From the NCBI RefSeq assembly GCF_965247905.1, contig NZ_OZ252047.1, positions 1,622,845 to 1,686,844 of the forward strand: 64,000 nt of DNA, read 5' to 3'. Both the position numbers and the translations under genes were made by a program. Below the pieces are notes generated by a model. The model worked only from the letters and a program-made list of their open reading frames with translations. It ran no database searches and was not told the origin of the DNA. Source of the stretch: Candidatus Spongiihabitans sp. Lineage in GTDB: Bacteria; Pseudomonadota; Gammaproteobacteria; Arenicellales; Poriferihabitantaceae. Below are positions 18,903 through 26,632 of the stretch, piece by piece (position 1 is the first letter of the stretch; each line of letters starts with the position of its first letter).

Positions 18903-19552
18903 TGTCGCCGCTGCATTATAATGGTGATGATGATAATCGTTTGGGAATGATCATGAATGAAGAGCAAGAGAAATTTTTACGCCGTGAGTTTTGGATGTTA
19001 AGTTGGCGAGGTTCTATGCCAAGACCAAATAAATTATATGACAGTAAAGCAAACGATTCTGATAGAAGTTTGTTTCGCGAATATTTGATTGATTTATGCG
19101 AGAAAGAATTGTTGCCTATGTATAAAGACAACCAAGTTTTTGAATGGGTGCATTACGAAAATATTGAGGAATTGAAACATTACGCTAATTCACGCATATT
19201 CAAATACGTGCTCGATAAACCATATACGATTGGATTGGCGCAAAAATTGTTAAACCTCCAATTAAAATATTTATGGTGCGCGGGCATGTCAAACAAATCG
19301 CCGCACTGTCCTATTGATAGCATCATTCTGAGTGCGGCGGGCTGGGCGAAGACTAAGTGGCCGAAAATAGATTCGATCGCCTGCTACAAGGATGCGATAA
19401 ACGCCATTGCCGAAACAGCCAAAGCGGAGGATTATAAAGATATAGTCGAGTGGGAGATCAACACTTTTACTGCGGCTGTAAACAGGGCGCGAATAACACG
19501 CTTAATGCGGTCGTCGATATCGGGCTGGCCTGCGACTATTATATTTGGATGA
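18902..19552 (+). CDS. hypothetical protein encoded by an AT-rich insertion in the 5' end of ureG
   Basis: ORF 18899..19552. First codons MSPL are coupled to the ureF stop (TGATG); the body is visibly AT-rich and has internal starts at 18947/18953 (MIMNEEQEK). Its stop overlaps the present ureG ATG (ATGA). No family recognised. Confidence 0.5.
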   Translation: MSPLHYNGDDDNRLGMIMNEEQEKFLRREFWMLSWRGSMPRPNKLYDSKANDSDRSLFREYLIDLCEKELLPMYKDNQVFEWVHYENIEELKHYANSRIFKYVLDKPYTIGLAQKLLNLQLKYLWCAGMSNKSPHCPIDSIILSAAGWAKTKWPKIDSIACYKDAINAIAETAKAEDYKDIVEWEINTFTAAVNRARITRLMRSSISGWPATIIFG

Positions 19553-20028
19553 CACCTCCCGATTTTCTACGCGTCGGCATCGGTGGTCCTGTGGGTTCGG
19601 GCAAGACCGCGTTGGTGGATAGGTTATGCAAGAAGTTGCGCGGGCGCTACCCAATCGCGGTGGTGACCAACGACATTTACACGCGTGAGGACGCCGAGTT
19701 CCTAATCAAATCGCAAGCCCTGACCGCCGACCGCATCATCGGCGTGGAGACCGGCGGCTGCCCGCACACCGCGATTCGCGAAGACGCCTCGATGAACTTG
19801 GCCGCGTTGGATGACCTCGTCCGGCGCTTTCCCGATTTGCGACTCGCGCTGATTGAAAGCGGCGGCGACAATCTCAGCGCGACCTTCAGCCCGGAACTGG
19901 CCGACCTCGCCATCTATGTCATCGATGTCTCGGCCGGCGACAAACCGTTTGTGTTCGCCAACATGAAAACCGGCGAGGCACTGGATGCGATCGCCGACTT
20001 CATCATCACCCAAGGCATGCTCGATTGA
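19549..20028 (+). CDS. ureG: urease accessory GTPase UreG carrying a 44-codon in-frame internal deletion
   Basis: P-loop [22 protein letters not shown] and [17 protein letters not shown] are present. The sequence jumps from VIDVSAGDK to [11 protein letters not shown], so the segment that normally holds the NKxD guanine-specificity motif is missing (159 aa instead of about 205). Confidence 0.8.
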   Translation: MTPPDFLRVGIGGPVGSGKTALVDRLCKKLRGRYPIAVVTNDIYTREDAEFLIKSQALTADRIIGVETGGCPHTAIREDASMNLAALDDLVRRFPDLRLALIESGGDNLSATFSPELADLAIYVIDVSAGDKPFVFANMKTGEALDAIADFIITQGMLD

Positions 20029-20121
20029 GTATGCATAAAAATCATCCGTGCACCGCGATAAAATTTGTGCGACATTATCGTGCGGTGTTGTCGTGTCGTG
20101 TTATTATGAGTCCGCAGTAAA

Positions 20122-20544
20122 ATGAAAACGCTGACCAACATTGTAGCAATGTGCGTCGTGGCAATGTATGCACTCGTCGGACAAGTTGCCGCGCAGGAGA
20201 TGCCTGTGCATGAAGGCAAGGTTATCGTGCCCGACCCATTCAACCTTGCAGTCGGGTTTAAGTCCACCGACGAACTATGCCAGGTTAGTTTGCGCCATGC
20301 CGACGGCGGTTTGTGGGTCACCTCCAGTTTTTGGGAGGGAGAAAAATTAGCCGACGGCAAGGCGTTGCGTGGCGCGGATTTTTATCTCGGCGAGTTAGAC
20401 GACGATGGTGCTTTTGTGTTGCAACTCTGGCGCGGCAAGCCGGTCGCCCTCACGCAAACGAGTTATGACAAAAAAGGCAGATTGAACTACGGCGGCAAAG
20501 GCAGTGGCAATTTTCTGCGGGAATGTCTCTTGCACAATCCATAA
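20122..20544 (+). CDS. hypothetical secreted protein (140 aa)
   Basis: N-terminal signal peptide (MKTLTNIVAMCVVAMYALVGQVAAQ); no other motif. Confidence 0.5.
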   Translation: MKTLTNIVAMCVVAMYALVGQVAAQEMPVHEGKVIVPDPFNLAVGFKSTDELCQVSLRHADGGLWVTSSFWEGEKLADGKALRGADFYLGELDDDGAFVLQLWRGKPVALTQTSYDKKGRLNYGGKGSGNFLRECLLHNP

Positions 20545-20555
20545 TATTTAGCGAT

Positions 20556-20585
20556 ACCGCTACCATCGACACCGCTACCATCGAC
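20556..20585. repeat. 15-bp tandem repeat x2 (ACCGCTACCATCGAC)
   Basis: perfect tandem copies directly after the secreted-protein gene. Confidence 0.8.
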
Positions 20586-20658
20586 ACCAAACCGAACACC
20601 AAATGTGCTGATTACATGCACAAAATTTACTAAAATGTGTATCATAAGTATCGGCATC

Positions 20659-20737
20659 TATACATGAATCGTCTGATATGTATGGAAGTTATACATATCC
20701 ATACAAATATGTATAGAAACTACAAAAAAGTATACAT
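20659..20737. promoter_or_regulatory. two TATACAT-N12-ATGTAT(A) dyads plus a half-site upstream of the Fic gene
   Basis: dyad 1 at 20659-20684, dyad 2 at 20690-20715 (perfect), half-site TATACAT at 20731-20737; the Fic ATG is at 20752. Confidence 0.45.
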
Positions 20738-20751
20738 TTAGAGAGCAGTCA

Positions 20752-21867
20752 ATGGCACAGGATGCGACCCCCGCATTGTCATTCTACAACCCAGAGCAGC
20801 CGTGGAATAGCCTACCGGAACTGCCGCCCGGGGTTGATATTGAATCAAAAACAATCCTCAAAGCCTGCATTTCGGCAAGAGCCAAACTGGCCGGGGTCAA
20901 TGCCTTGGTGGAGACCTTGCCGAATAAGGATATCCTGACACACACCATCCAGTTGCAGGAGGCGCGCAGCAGTTCCGAAATTGAAAACATCGTTACGACC
21001 AGCGATGTGTTGTATCAGGCTCTGGCATCCCAGTCCGAGGGAGTCGACCCCAATGCCAAGGAAGTATTGCGCTACCGCGAAGCCCTCTGGGGAGGCGTGA
21101 ACCTGTTGCAGGAATGGAGGGGACTAACCACTCCTTTGTTTGAGTGGACTTGTTCGCGTGTTCTTGGCGTGGCGATCCAAGTGCGCCGCGACCAGCAAGT
21201 CATGGTCGGCAATCCGGTTACCCGTAGCGTTACCTATACACCGCCTGTCGGCGAGCAGCATCTAACCCGTCTGCTCACCAACCTGGAGCGTTTCCTCGGC
21301 GACGACGCAGATGAAGTGGACCCGCTTATCAAAATGGCCGTTATGCACTATCAGTTTGAAGCCATCCATCCTTTTCAGGATGGCAATGGAAGAACGGGCC
21401 GCATACTGAATATTCTCTATCTGGTGCATTGCCAACTGCTGAACGCCCCGGTGCTGTATCTCAGTCGGTTTTTCATTGAGCATCGCCAAGACTACTACCG
21501 CTTCCTGCTGGAAGTGACCGAGCAAGGGCGTTGGGAACAGTGGATTCTTTACATCATGAAGGCTGTGGAACAAACCGCGCGGGATACCATCGCAAGAATT
21601 GAAGCGGTGCGAATATTGATGGATGACATTACCCGTGTTGCGCAGACGAGAAAAACCAAAGCAGTGGAACGGCAAGGATTTATTGACCTCCTGTTCAAAT
21701 GGCCCTATTGCAAGATTGGTATTGTCGAGAGGGAACTGGAATGTTCCAGAATCACGGCGACCCGATACCTCAATGAGATGACCGACCTCGGTTTACTCCA
21801 ACGTATCAAACGCGGACGCGAGTATTATTATATCAACACCCAGTTGATAACCCTGCTGGGCGAGTAG
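20752..21867 (+). CDS. Fic family protein (AMPylase-type) with N-terminal inhibitory helix and C-terminal wHTH
   Basis: Fic motif HPFQDGNGRTGR; N-terminal SSEIEN matches the (S/T)xxxE(G/N) inhibitory motif; C-terminal ITATRYLNEMTDLGLL wHTH. Confidence 0.9.
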   Translation: MAQDATPALSFYNPEQPWNSLPELPPGVDIESKTILKACISARAKLAGVNALVETLPNKDILTHTIQLQEARSSSEIENIVTTSDVLYQALASQSEGVDPNAKEVLRYREALWGGVNLLQEWRGLTTPLFEWTCSRVLGVAIQVRRDQQVMVGNPVTRSVTYTPPVGEQHLTRLLTNLERFLGDDADEVDPLIKMAVMHYQFEAIHPFQDGNGRTGRILNILYLVHCQLLNAPVLYLSRFFIEHRQDYYRFLLEVTEQGRWEQWILYIMKAVEQTARDTIARIEAVRILMDDITRVAQTRKTKAVERQGFIDLLFKWPYCKIGIVERELECSRITATRYLNEMTDLGLLQRIKRGREYYYINTQLITLLGE

Positions 21868-22060
21868 GTGAACGGGCGATCATGCGCGTTTTCGTAAGGT
21901 AACCTGAAAAGTTGCAGAAACAACCATGACCCCTCAAATCTACCTCAAACAACTCGACCAGCATTACCAAGCCGGCATCGCCACCGAGCATACCTATCGC
22001 GCGGCGTTGCAAGCCCTGTTGGAATCGGCACTGCCGGGCGTCGCGGTCACCAACGAGCCG
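21862..22060 (+). repeat. 199-bp direct repeat, copy A
   Basis: 8 mismatches to 23493-23691 by manual alignment; starts at the last sense codon plus TAG of the Fic gene. Confidence 0.9.
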
Positions 22061-22102
22061 CCTCATCCGCGATGGCAAACAAATCGCCAGCATCAACCGT
22101 GA
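21926..22102 (+). pseudogene. 5' remnant of a type IIG/ISP-like restriction-modification gene (internally deleted copy)
   Basis: MTPQIYLKQLDQHYQAGIATEHTYRAALQALLESALPGVAVTNEP, then out of frame. The next segment matches the RLIRDGK region that lies about 175 nt further on in the second copy. Confidence 0.7.
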
Positions 22103-22263
22103 CACCTGCGCGCCTTGCTTGTGAATCAACCTTTCGATCTATGCGCGAGAAGCTGGTGGAGCGTACGCAGGTTTAGTGGAAACACACTCATCTTGGGTAA
22201 CGGAATTCTCATCTCAAACCTCCCCATCAAAAAATCAGCATTCATAGTCTCAATGTCAAAAAT

Positions 22264-22319
22264 AAGATCATGATTTTGTGATCTTTATTGTTGACATGGG
22301 AATACAGATCTGGTAACGT
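22264..22319 (+). promoter_or_regulatory. candidate sigma70 promoter with upstream operator-like inverted repeat for the DGQHR gene
   Basis: IR AAGATCA-N8-TGATCTT (22264-22285); TTGACA 22291-22296; 17-nt spacer; TAACGT 22314-22319; GAGG 9 nt before ATG 22359. Confidence 0.4.
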
Positions 22320-22358
22320 CTATCTTTACTTTGTCCTAACAGCTTATGAGGCTTAACC

Positions 22359-23498
22359 ATGAATCGCACAAAAATATCCGTAGTAAAAGGGTCCGACCTT
22401 CGCGCCAACGACATTATGACTGTTGTGGGTGTCATAAGTGCTGACACATTAGTCAAACGACATAATGTTCCAGCACGACATCACCTTAAAAAGACTGGTT
22501 ATCAACGGGTCGCTTCAACAGTTCGCGTGAACCGCTTGGCGAGCGAACTTAACAAAAAAAAGGTTGATCTGCCCACAGCAGTCTTGCTGAACATCAGGGA
22601 TGTCACCTCAGATGATGTAATCTCTTCCGACCCTAATAGCAACCAACTCATTCTTGATTTAGGGGAAGATGATAAAAATAATTCCCTTGTCCTCTATATC
22701 GTGGATGGTCAACACAGAATTAAGGCACTTGAAAAGGCAATGGAAGATGGAGTCACAGGGCTAAGAAATTTCAAGATTCCGTTTGTATGTATGATTGGGG
22801 CAACCGAAGAACAGGAAATGGAGCAATTCCATGTTGTTAATTCAAACGCTAAGTCAGTGCCTACAGACCTCGCTCTAGAACTTCTCAAAGAACGCTCAAA
22901 AAACAGTGAATTTATGAAAGATCTAATCGAAAAAGGAAAGAAATGGCAGATTGAAGCACAGACTGCTGCAGAATTGCTCGCGAAATCATCCTCAATATGG
23001 AAAGATAAAATTCGGTTCGCTAACATGCCGAAGGGAGATACGACCATCCCATCAGCATCAATGGCCAAATCTCTGGAACCTCTTTTTCGTCATACACCAA
23101 CATTCATAGCAATTAAGGACCCGCAAAAGCAAATGCAAATTATCGATGCTTACTGGAAAGGTATTAGGAAAATTTTAGAAGACGCTATTGATAAGCCGAG
23201 GGAGTACAGCATCCAAAAAGGCATCGGTGTAAAAGCACTGCACGGAATTTTCCCAATTGTTATAGAACATGTAAGGTCCAAAGGAGGATCAATTTATAGT
23301 GACGTGGCTTACCAAGAAATTCTTGAAGACCCTCTGAACAACATAGAAGGGAACAATGGCCACCACGATCATGTTGCTGGTATTGATTTCTGGAAAACGG
23401 GAAAAGACGGTGTTATTGGCAAATATAGTAGTGGATCCGGAATCAATGCCCTCATTGAAGACCTTAAATCACTTCTACCAGAGATCGAAGCGGAGTAG
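22359..23498 (+). CDS. DGQHR domain protein (DndB-like, ParB/Srx fold)
   Basis: LYIVDGQHRIKALEKA with upstream GYQR and downstream FHVVNSNAKSVPTDL; 379 aa; no dndACDE, dpd or ssp genes nearby. Confidence 0.85.
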   Translation: MNRTKISVVKGSDLRANDIMTVVGVISADTLVKRHNVPARHHLKKTGYQRVASTVRVNRLASELNKKKVDLPTAVLLNIRDVTSDDVISSDPNSNQLILDLGEDDKNNSLVLYIVDGQHRIKALEKAMEDGVTGLRNFKIPFVCMIGATEEQEMEQFHVVNSNAKSVPTDLALELLKERSKNSEFMKDLIEKGKKWQIEAQTAAELLAKSSSIWKDKIRFANMPKGDTTIPSASMAKSLEPLFRHTPTFIAIKDPQKQMQIIDAYWKGIRKILEDAIDKPREYSIQKGIGVKALHGIFPIVIEHVRSKGGSIYSDVAYQEILEDPLNNIEGNNGHHDHVAGIDFWKTGKDGVIGKYSSGSGINALIEDLKSLLPEIEAE

Positions 23499-23691
23499 GT
23501 GAACGGGCGATCATGCGCGTTTTCGTAAGGTAACCTGAAAAATTGCAGAAACAACCATGACCGCCCAAATCTACCTCAAGCAACTCGATCAGCATTACCA
23601 AGCCGGCATCGCCACCGAGCATACCTGTAGCGCGGCGTTGCAAGCCCTGTTGGAATCGGCACTACCGGGCGTCGCGGTCACCAACGAGCCG
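23493..23691 (+). repeat. 199-bp direct repeat, copy B
   Basis: see copy A; starts at the last sense codon plus TAG of the DGQHR gene. Confidence 0.9.
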
Positions 23692-24342
23692 AAGCAGATC
23701 GCGTGCGGCGCGCCCGACTTGGTGCTGACCCGCAACGCCATACCTCTGGGCTACATTGAAGCCAAAGACCTCGGCAAGGATTTGAACGACCCAGCCCACA
23801 AGGAACAACTGCGCCGCTACACCGAATCGCTCGGCAACTTGATCTTCACCAACTACCTGGAGTTCCGCCTCATTCGCGATGGCAAACCGGTACAAACGGT
23901 TGCTATCGGCGAAATCGTCAACGGAAAAATAAAAAGCAAAACCAAAAACTTCGCTGGCTTCACCGCGCTCCTCGATGCCTTCATCGGCTACCAGGGCCAA
24001 ACCATCCAAACCGCCAACGACCTTGCCAAACACATGGCGCGTAAAGCGCGCCTGCTGGCAGAGACGATTACCAAAGTGCTGCGCCAGGACGAAGGCGCAA
24101 TCGACCAATCCCGCCAACTCAGCGAAATAAACAGTGCCCGGCAAGGCCAACTCGCCGCGTTCCAGAAACACCTGATTCACGACATCACCCCCGCCGCCTT
24201 CGCCGACACCGGCAAAACCACCATCACGCTACCCGAGATCAAGGTTGGATTTTTGGTGGTTTGGTGGGGTATAATTTGCCTTGTTTTATCCAATCACCTT
24301 TTCATCATGGAGAAATTGTATGACTATCGCAACCGCCACTAA
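23557..24342 (+). pseudogene. N-terminal fragment (PD-ExK nuclease region) of a type IIG/ISP-like restriction-modification enzyme
   Basis: CGAPDLVL ... GYIEAKDLG nuclease motif; homology ends near HLIHDITPAAFAD (about 24215), then unrelated sequence to the stop. Confidence 0.7.
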
Positions 24343-25150
24343 AACAACTCGTCCACAATCTAAGTCGTGCGGGAAAGTGGACGGGCATTTGTATTTCAGC
24401 GAGAACAACTTGCGGATTTTTCATGGAGATGTTTTGAATGCATCGTTGTTCGGCGAGCCGTTCATTGATTTAATTGTCACTTCGCCGCCCTACAATGTCG
24501 GCATTGAATACAACTCCAACGATGACGAATTATCGTATCAACAGTACCTGGAGTTTTCCGAAAAATGGATGCGTAATTGTTATCAGTGGAGCAAAAGCCA
24601 AACGCGATTCTTGCTTAACATTCCGCTGGATAAAAACAAGGGCGGGCATAAAAGCGTTGGCTCGGATTTAACCAAAATCGCCCAAGATGCAGGGTGGCAA
24701 TATCACTCGACGATTGTTTGGAACGAAGGCAACATCTCTCGACGAAGCGCGTGGGGTTCATGGATGCAGGCATCTGCCCCGTATGTCATCGCCCCGGTGG
24801 AGTTAATCGTGGTGTTGTATAAAGAGCAGTGGAAAAAAACCGAAGGCTCCAAGATATCCGACATTACCAAAGAGGAATTTATGGAATACACCAATGGCGT
24901 ATGGACTTTCCCCGGCGAGAGCAAAAAAAGAATCGGCCATCCCGCGCCGTTCCCTAAGGAGTTGCCGTATCGGGCAATCAAACTTTTTAGTTTTCAACAC
25001 GACTTGGTGTTTGACCCGTTCATGGGTAGCGGCACGACGTTGGTTGTCGCGGCGAACCTGAAACGTAAATCGGTCGGGTTGGACATCGACGCTAGCTATT
25101 GCGAGTTGGCGAAAAGGAGAATCATCAACGAGGTAGGTAGATTATTTTAG
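24320..25150 (+). CDS. DNA methyltransferase (N4-cytosine / N6-adenine, beta class)
   Basis: motif IV DLIVTSPPYN precedes motif I FDPFMGSGTT; start at ATG 24320 (MTIATATK) with GGAGA 7 nt upstream. Confidence 0.9.
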   Translation: MTIATATKTTRPQSKSCGKVDGHLYFSENNLRIFHGDVLNASLFGEPFIDLIVTSPPYNVGIEYNSNDDELSYQQYLEFSEKWMRNCYQWSKSQTRFLLNIPLDKNKGGHKSVGSDLTKIAQDAGWQYHSTIVWNEGNISRRSAWGSWMQASAPYVIAPVELIVVLYKEQWKKTEGSKISDITKEEFMEYTNGVWTFPGESKKRIGHPAPFPKELPYRAIKLFSFQHDLVFDPFMGSGTTLVVAANLKRKSVGLDIDASYCELAKRRIINEVGRLF

Positions 25151-25160
25151 GGCAAGAACG

Positions 25161-25742
25161 ATGAAGCCAATTACGCAAAAAGAACTGGTGGTGGGGTATT
25201 TTAAGGATAATCCATCGCGAGAAATCAAGCATGCCGAAATTGTAGACTGGCTCATCGCTGAATATAAAAAGAGAACAAGTGAAGTTTTTCGTGACCCTGA
25301 CCGACAAATACGGTCGTTACATCAAAGCGGTTTTTTAATCAAAGTGGACAAGGGCGTGTATAAATACGACCCGGATTCTGTCACGGAAACCGCCCTGCAT
25401 GATTTTACCCAACAACAGAAAGATGCCATCTTGAAACGGGATGGTTATCGGTGCGTTATGTGCGGACGCAGCGAAGCCGAAGGAGTTGAACTGCACGTTG
25501 ACCATGTCAAGGCGAAAGACAAAGGCGGGGCGGCGACGATTAGTAATGGGCAGACTCTTTGCGCGATGCATAACTATAGGAAAAAAAATTACAAACAAAC
25601 GGAAGCCGGCAAGAAAATGTTTATCCGCCTGTATGAACAAGCCAAAGAAATTGGCGATGATGAAGTTATGAAGTTCTGCGAGAAAATTTTAACGGTTTAT
25701 GAAAACTGTGATGTGAATGGACATATTGAGTGGCGCAAGTAG
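25161..25742 (+). CDS. HNH endonuclease (probable type II restriction endonuclease partner of the methyltransferase)
   Basis: HVDHVKAKDKGGAATISNGQTLCAMHN HNH motif with an N-terminal wHTH-like region; starts 10 nt after the MTase stop. Confidence 0.75.
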   Translation: MKPITQKELVVGYFKDNPSREIKHAEIVDWLIAEYKKRTSEVFRDPDRQIRSLHQSGFLIKVDKGVYKYDPDSVTETALHDFTQQQKDAILKRDGYRCVMCGRSEAEGVELHVDHVKAKDKGGAATISNGQTLCAMHNYRKKNYKQTEAGKKMFIRLYEQAKEIGDDEVMKFCEKILTVYENCDVNGHIEWRK

Positions 25743-26528
25743 TTCATCTATAAACAGAAACTGTTATTCATCCCCGACGCCGAACAACTAAACCTCGGCG
25801 ACAAGCAAGGACGAAAACCAAACCTCAACCCCACCATCGTGCAAACCATCGCCGCCGGCCTCGGCTTGCGCTTCACGCCCGAAGCCGCCGATGACGGTGA
25901 CCATGACGGTGATGCCGCGACCGCCAGGGACGACGCACCACCCCCATCGTCATTCCAACGAAAGTTGGAATCCAGTGAGACACGCGCGGCGATAGCCGCA
26001 CCACATAGCGATGCCGACAACGCCGACACCTTCGCGCCCATCGACCTGCTGGATTACATCTACGCCGTGCTACATTCGCCCGCCTACCGCGAACGCTACA
26101 AAGAGTTCCTGAAAATAGACTTCCCCCGCGTGCCGTATCCCGCCGATAAAAAACAATTCCGCCGACTAGTCGCGCTCGGCGGCGAGTTGCGCGCCCTGCA
26201 CCTGATGGAAAGCCCGACCTTGGACAACCTCATCACCGGCTACCTCAAAGATGGCGACCACAAGGTGGACAAGCCGAACTACGAAATCACCGACGCCAAA
26301 AACCGCCTCGGCAAAGTCCACATCAACAAAACGCAATACTTCAGCAATGTCCCCGAAACCGCTTGGCACTTCCACATCGGCGGCTACCAATCCGCGCAAA
26401 AATGGCTAAAAGACCGCAAAGGTAGAACCCTAACCGCTGACGACATCCGCCACTACCAAAAAATAATAATCGCCCTAACCGAAACCGAGCGGTTGATCGA
26501 GGTGATTGATGAAGTCGTTACATTATAA
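25743..26528 (+). pseudogene. C-terminal fragment (Type ISP C-terminal domain) of a type IIG/ISP-like restriction-modification enzyme
   Basis: open frame begins immediately after the HNH stop; DLLDYIYAVLHSPAYRERYKEFLKIDFPRVPY and HIGGYQSAQKWLKDRKGR are hallmarks of this C-terminal domain; contains a REP-like hairpin insertion. Confidence 0.7.
25952..25971. repeat. REP-like hairpin ATTCCAAC-GAAA-GTTGGAAT
   Basis: 8-bp stem with GAAA loop inside the C-terminal remnant (translated SSFQRKLESS); related GTCATTCC...GGAATGAC element at 58448-58473. Confidence 0.6.
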
Positions 26529-26632
26529 AAGTGGGCATGATGGCATCCGCTACCTTGTGTTTTACTAGTTCATCTTTGGTATTATTGGGATAGAAATCGG
26601 AGAGAAAAATCAATCTAATGTAGACAACCCTT

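Noticed and set aside
20556-20737. Possible CRISPR array (also considered for the other tandem repeats at 7594, 15955, 57440 and 58736)
   Set aside because: Units are 7-16 bp, directly abutting or with 12-bp gaps. There are no 25-40 bp repeat/spacer alternations and no cas genes.
22709-23068. 119-aa minus-strand ORF inside the DGQHR gene, as a possible antisense toxin or antitoxin
   Set aside because: It lies fully within a motif-supported plus-strand gene and has no RBS or recognisable fold signature.
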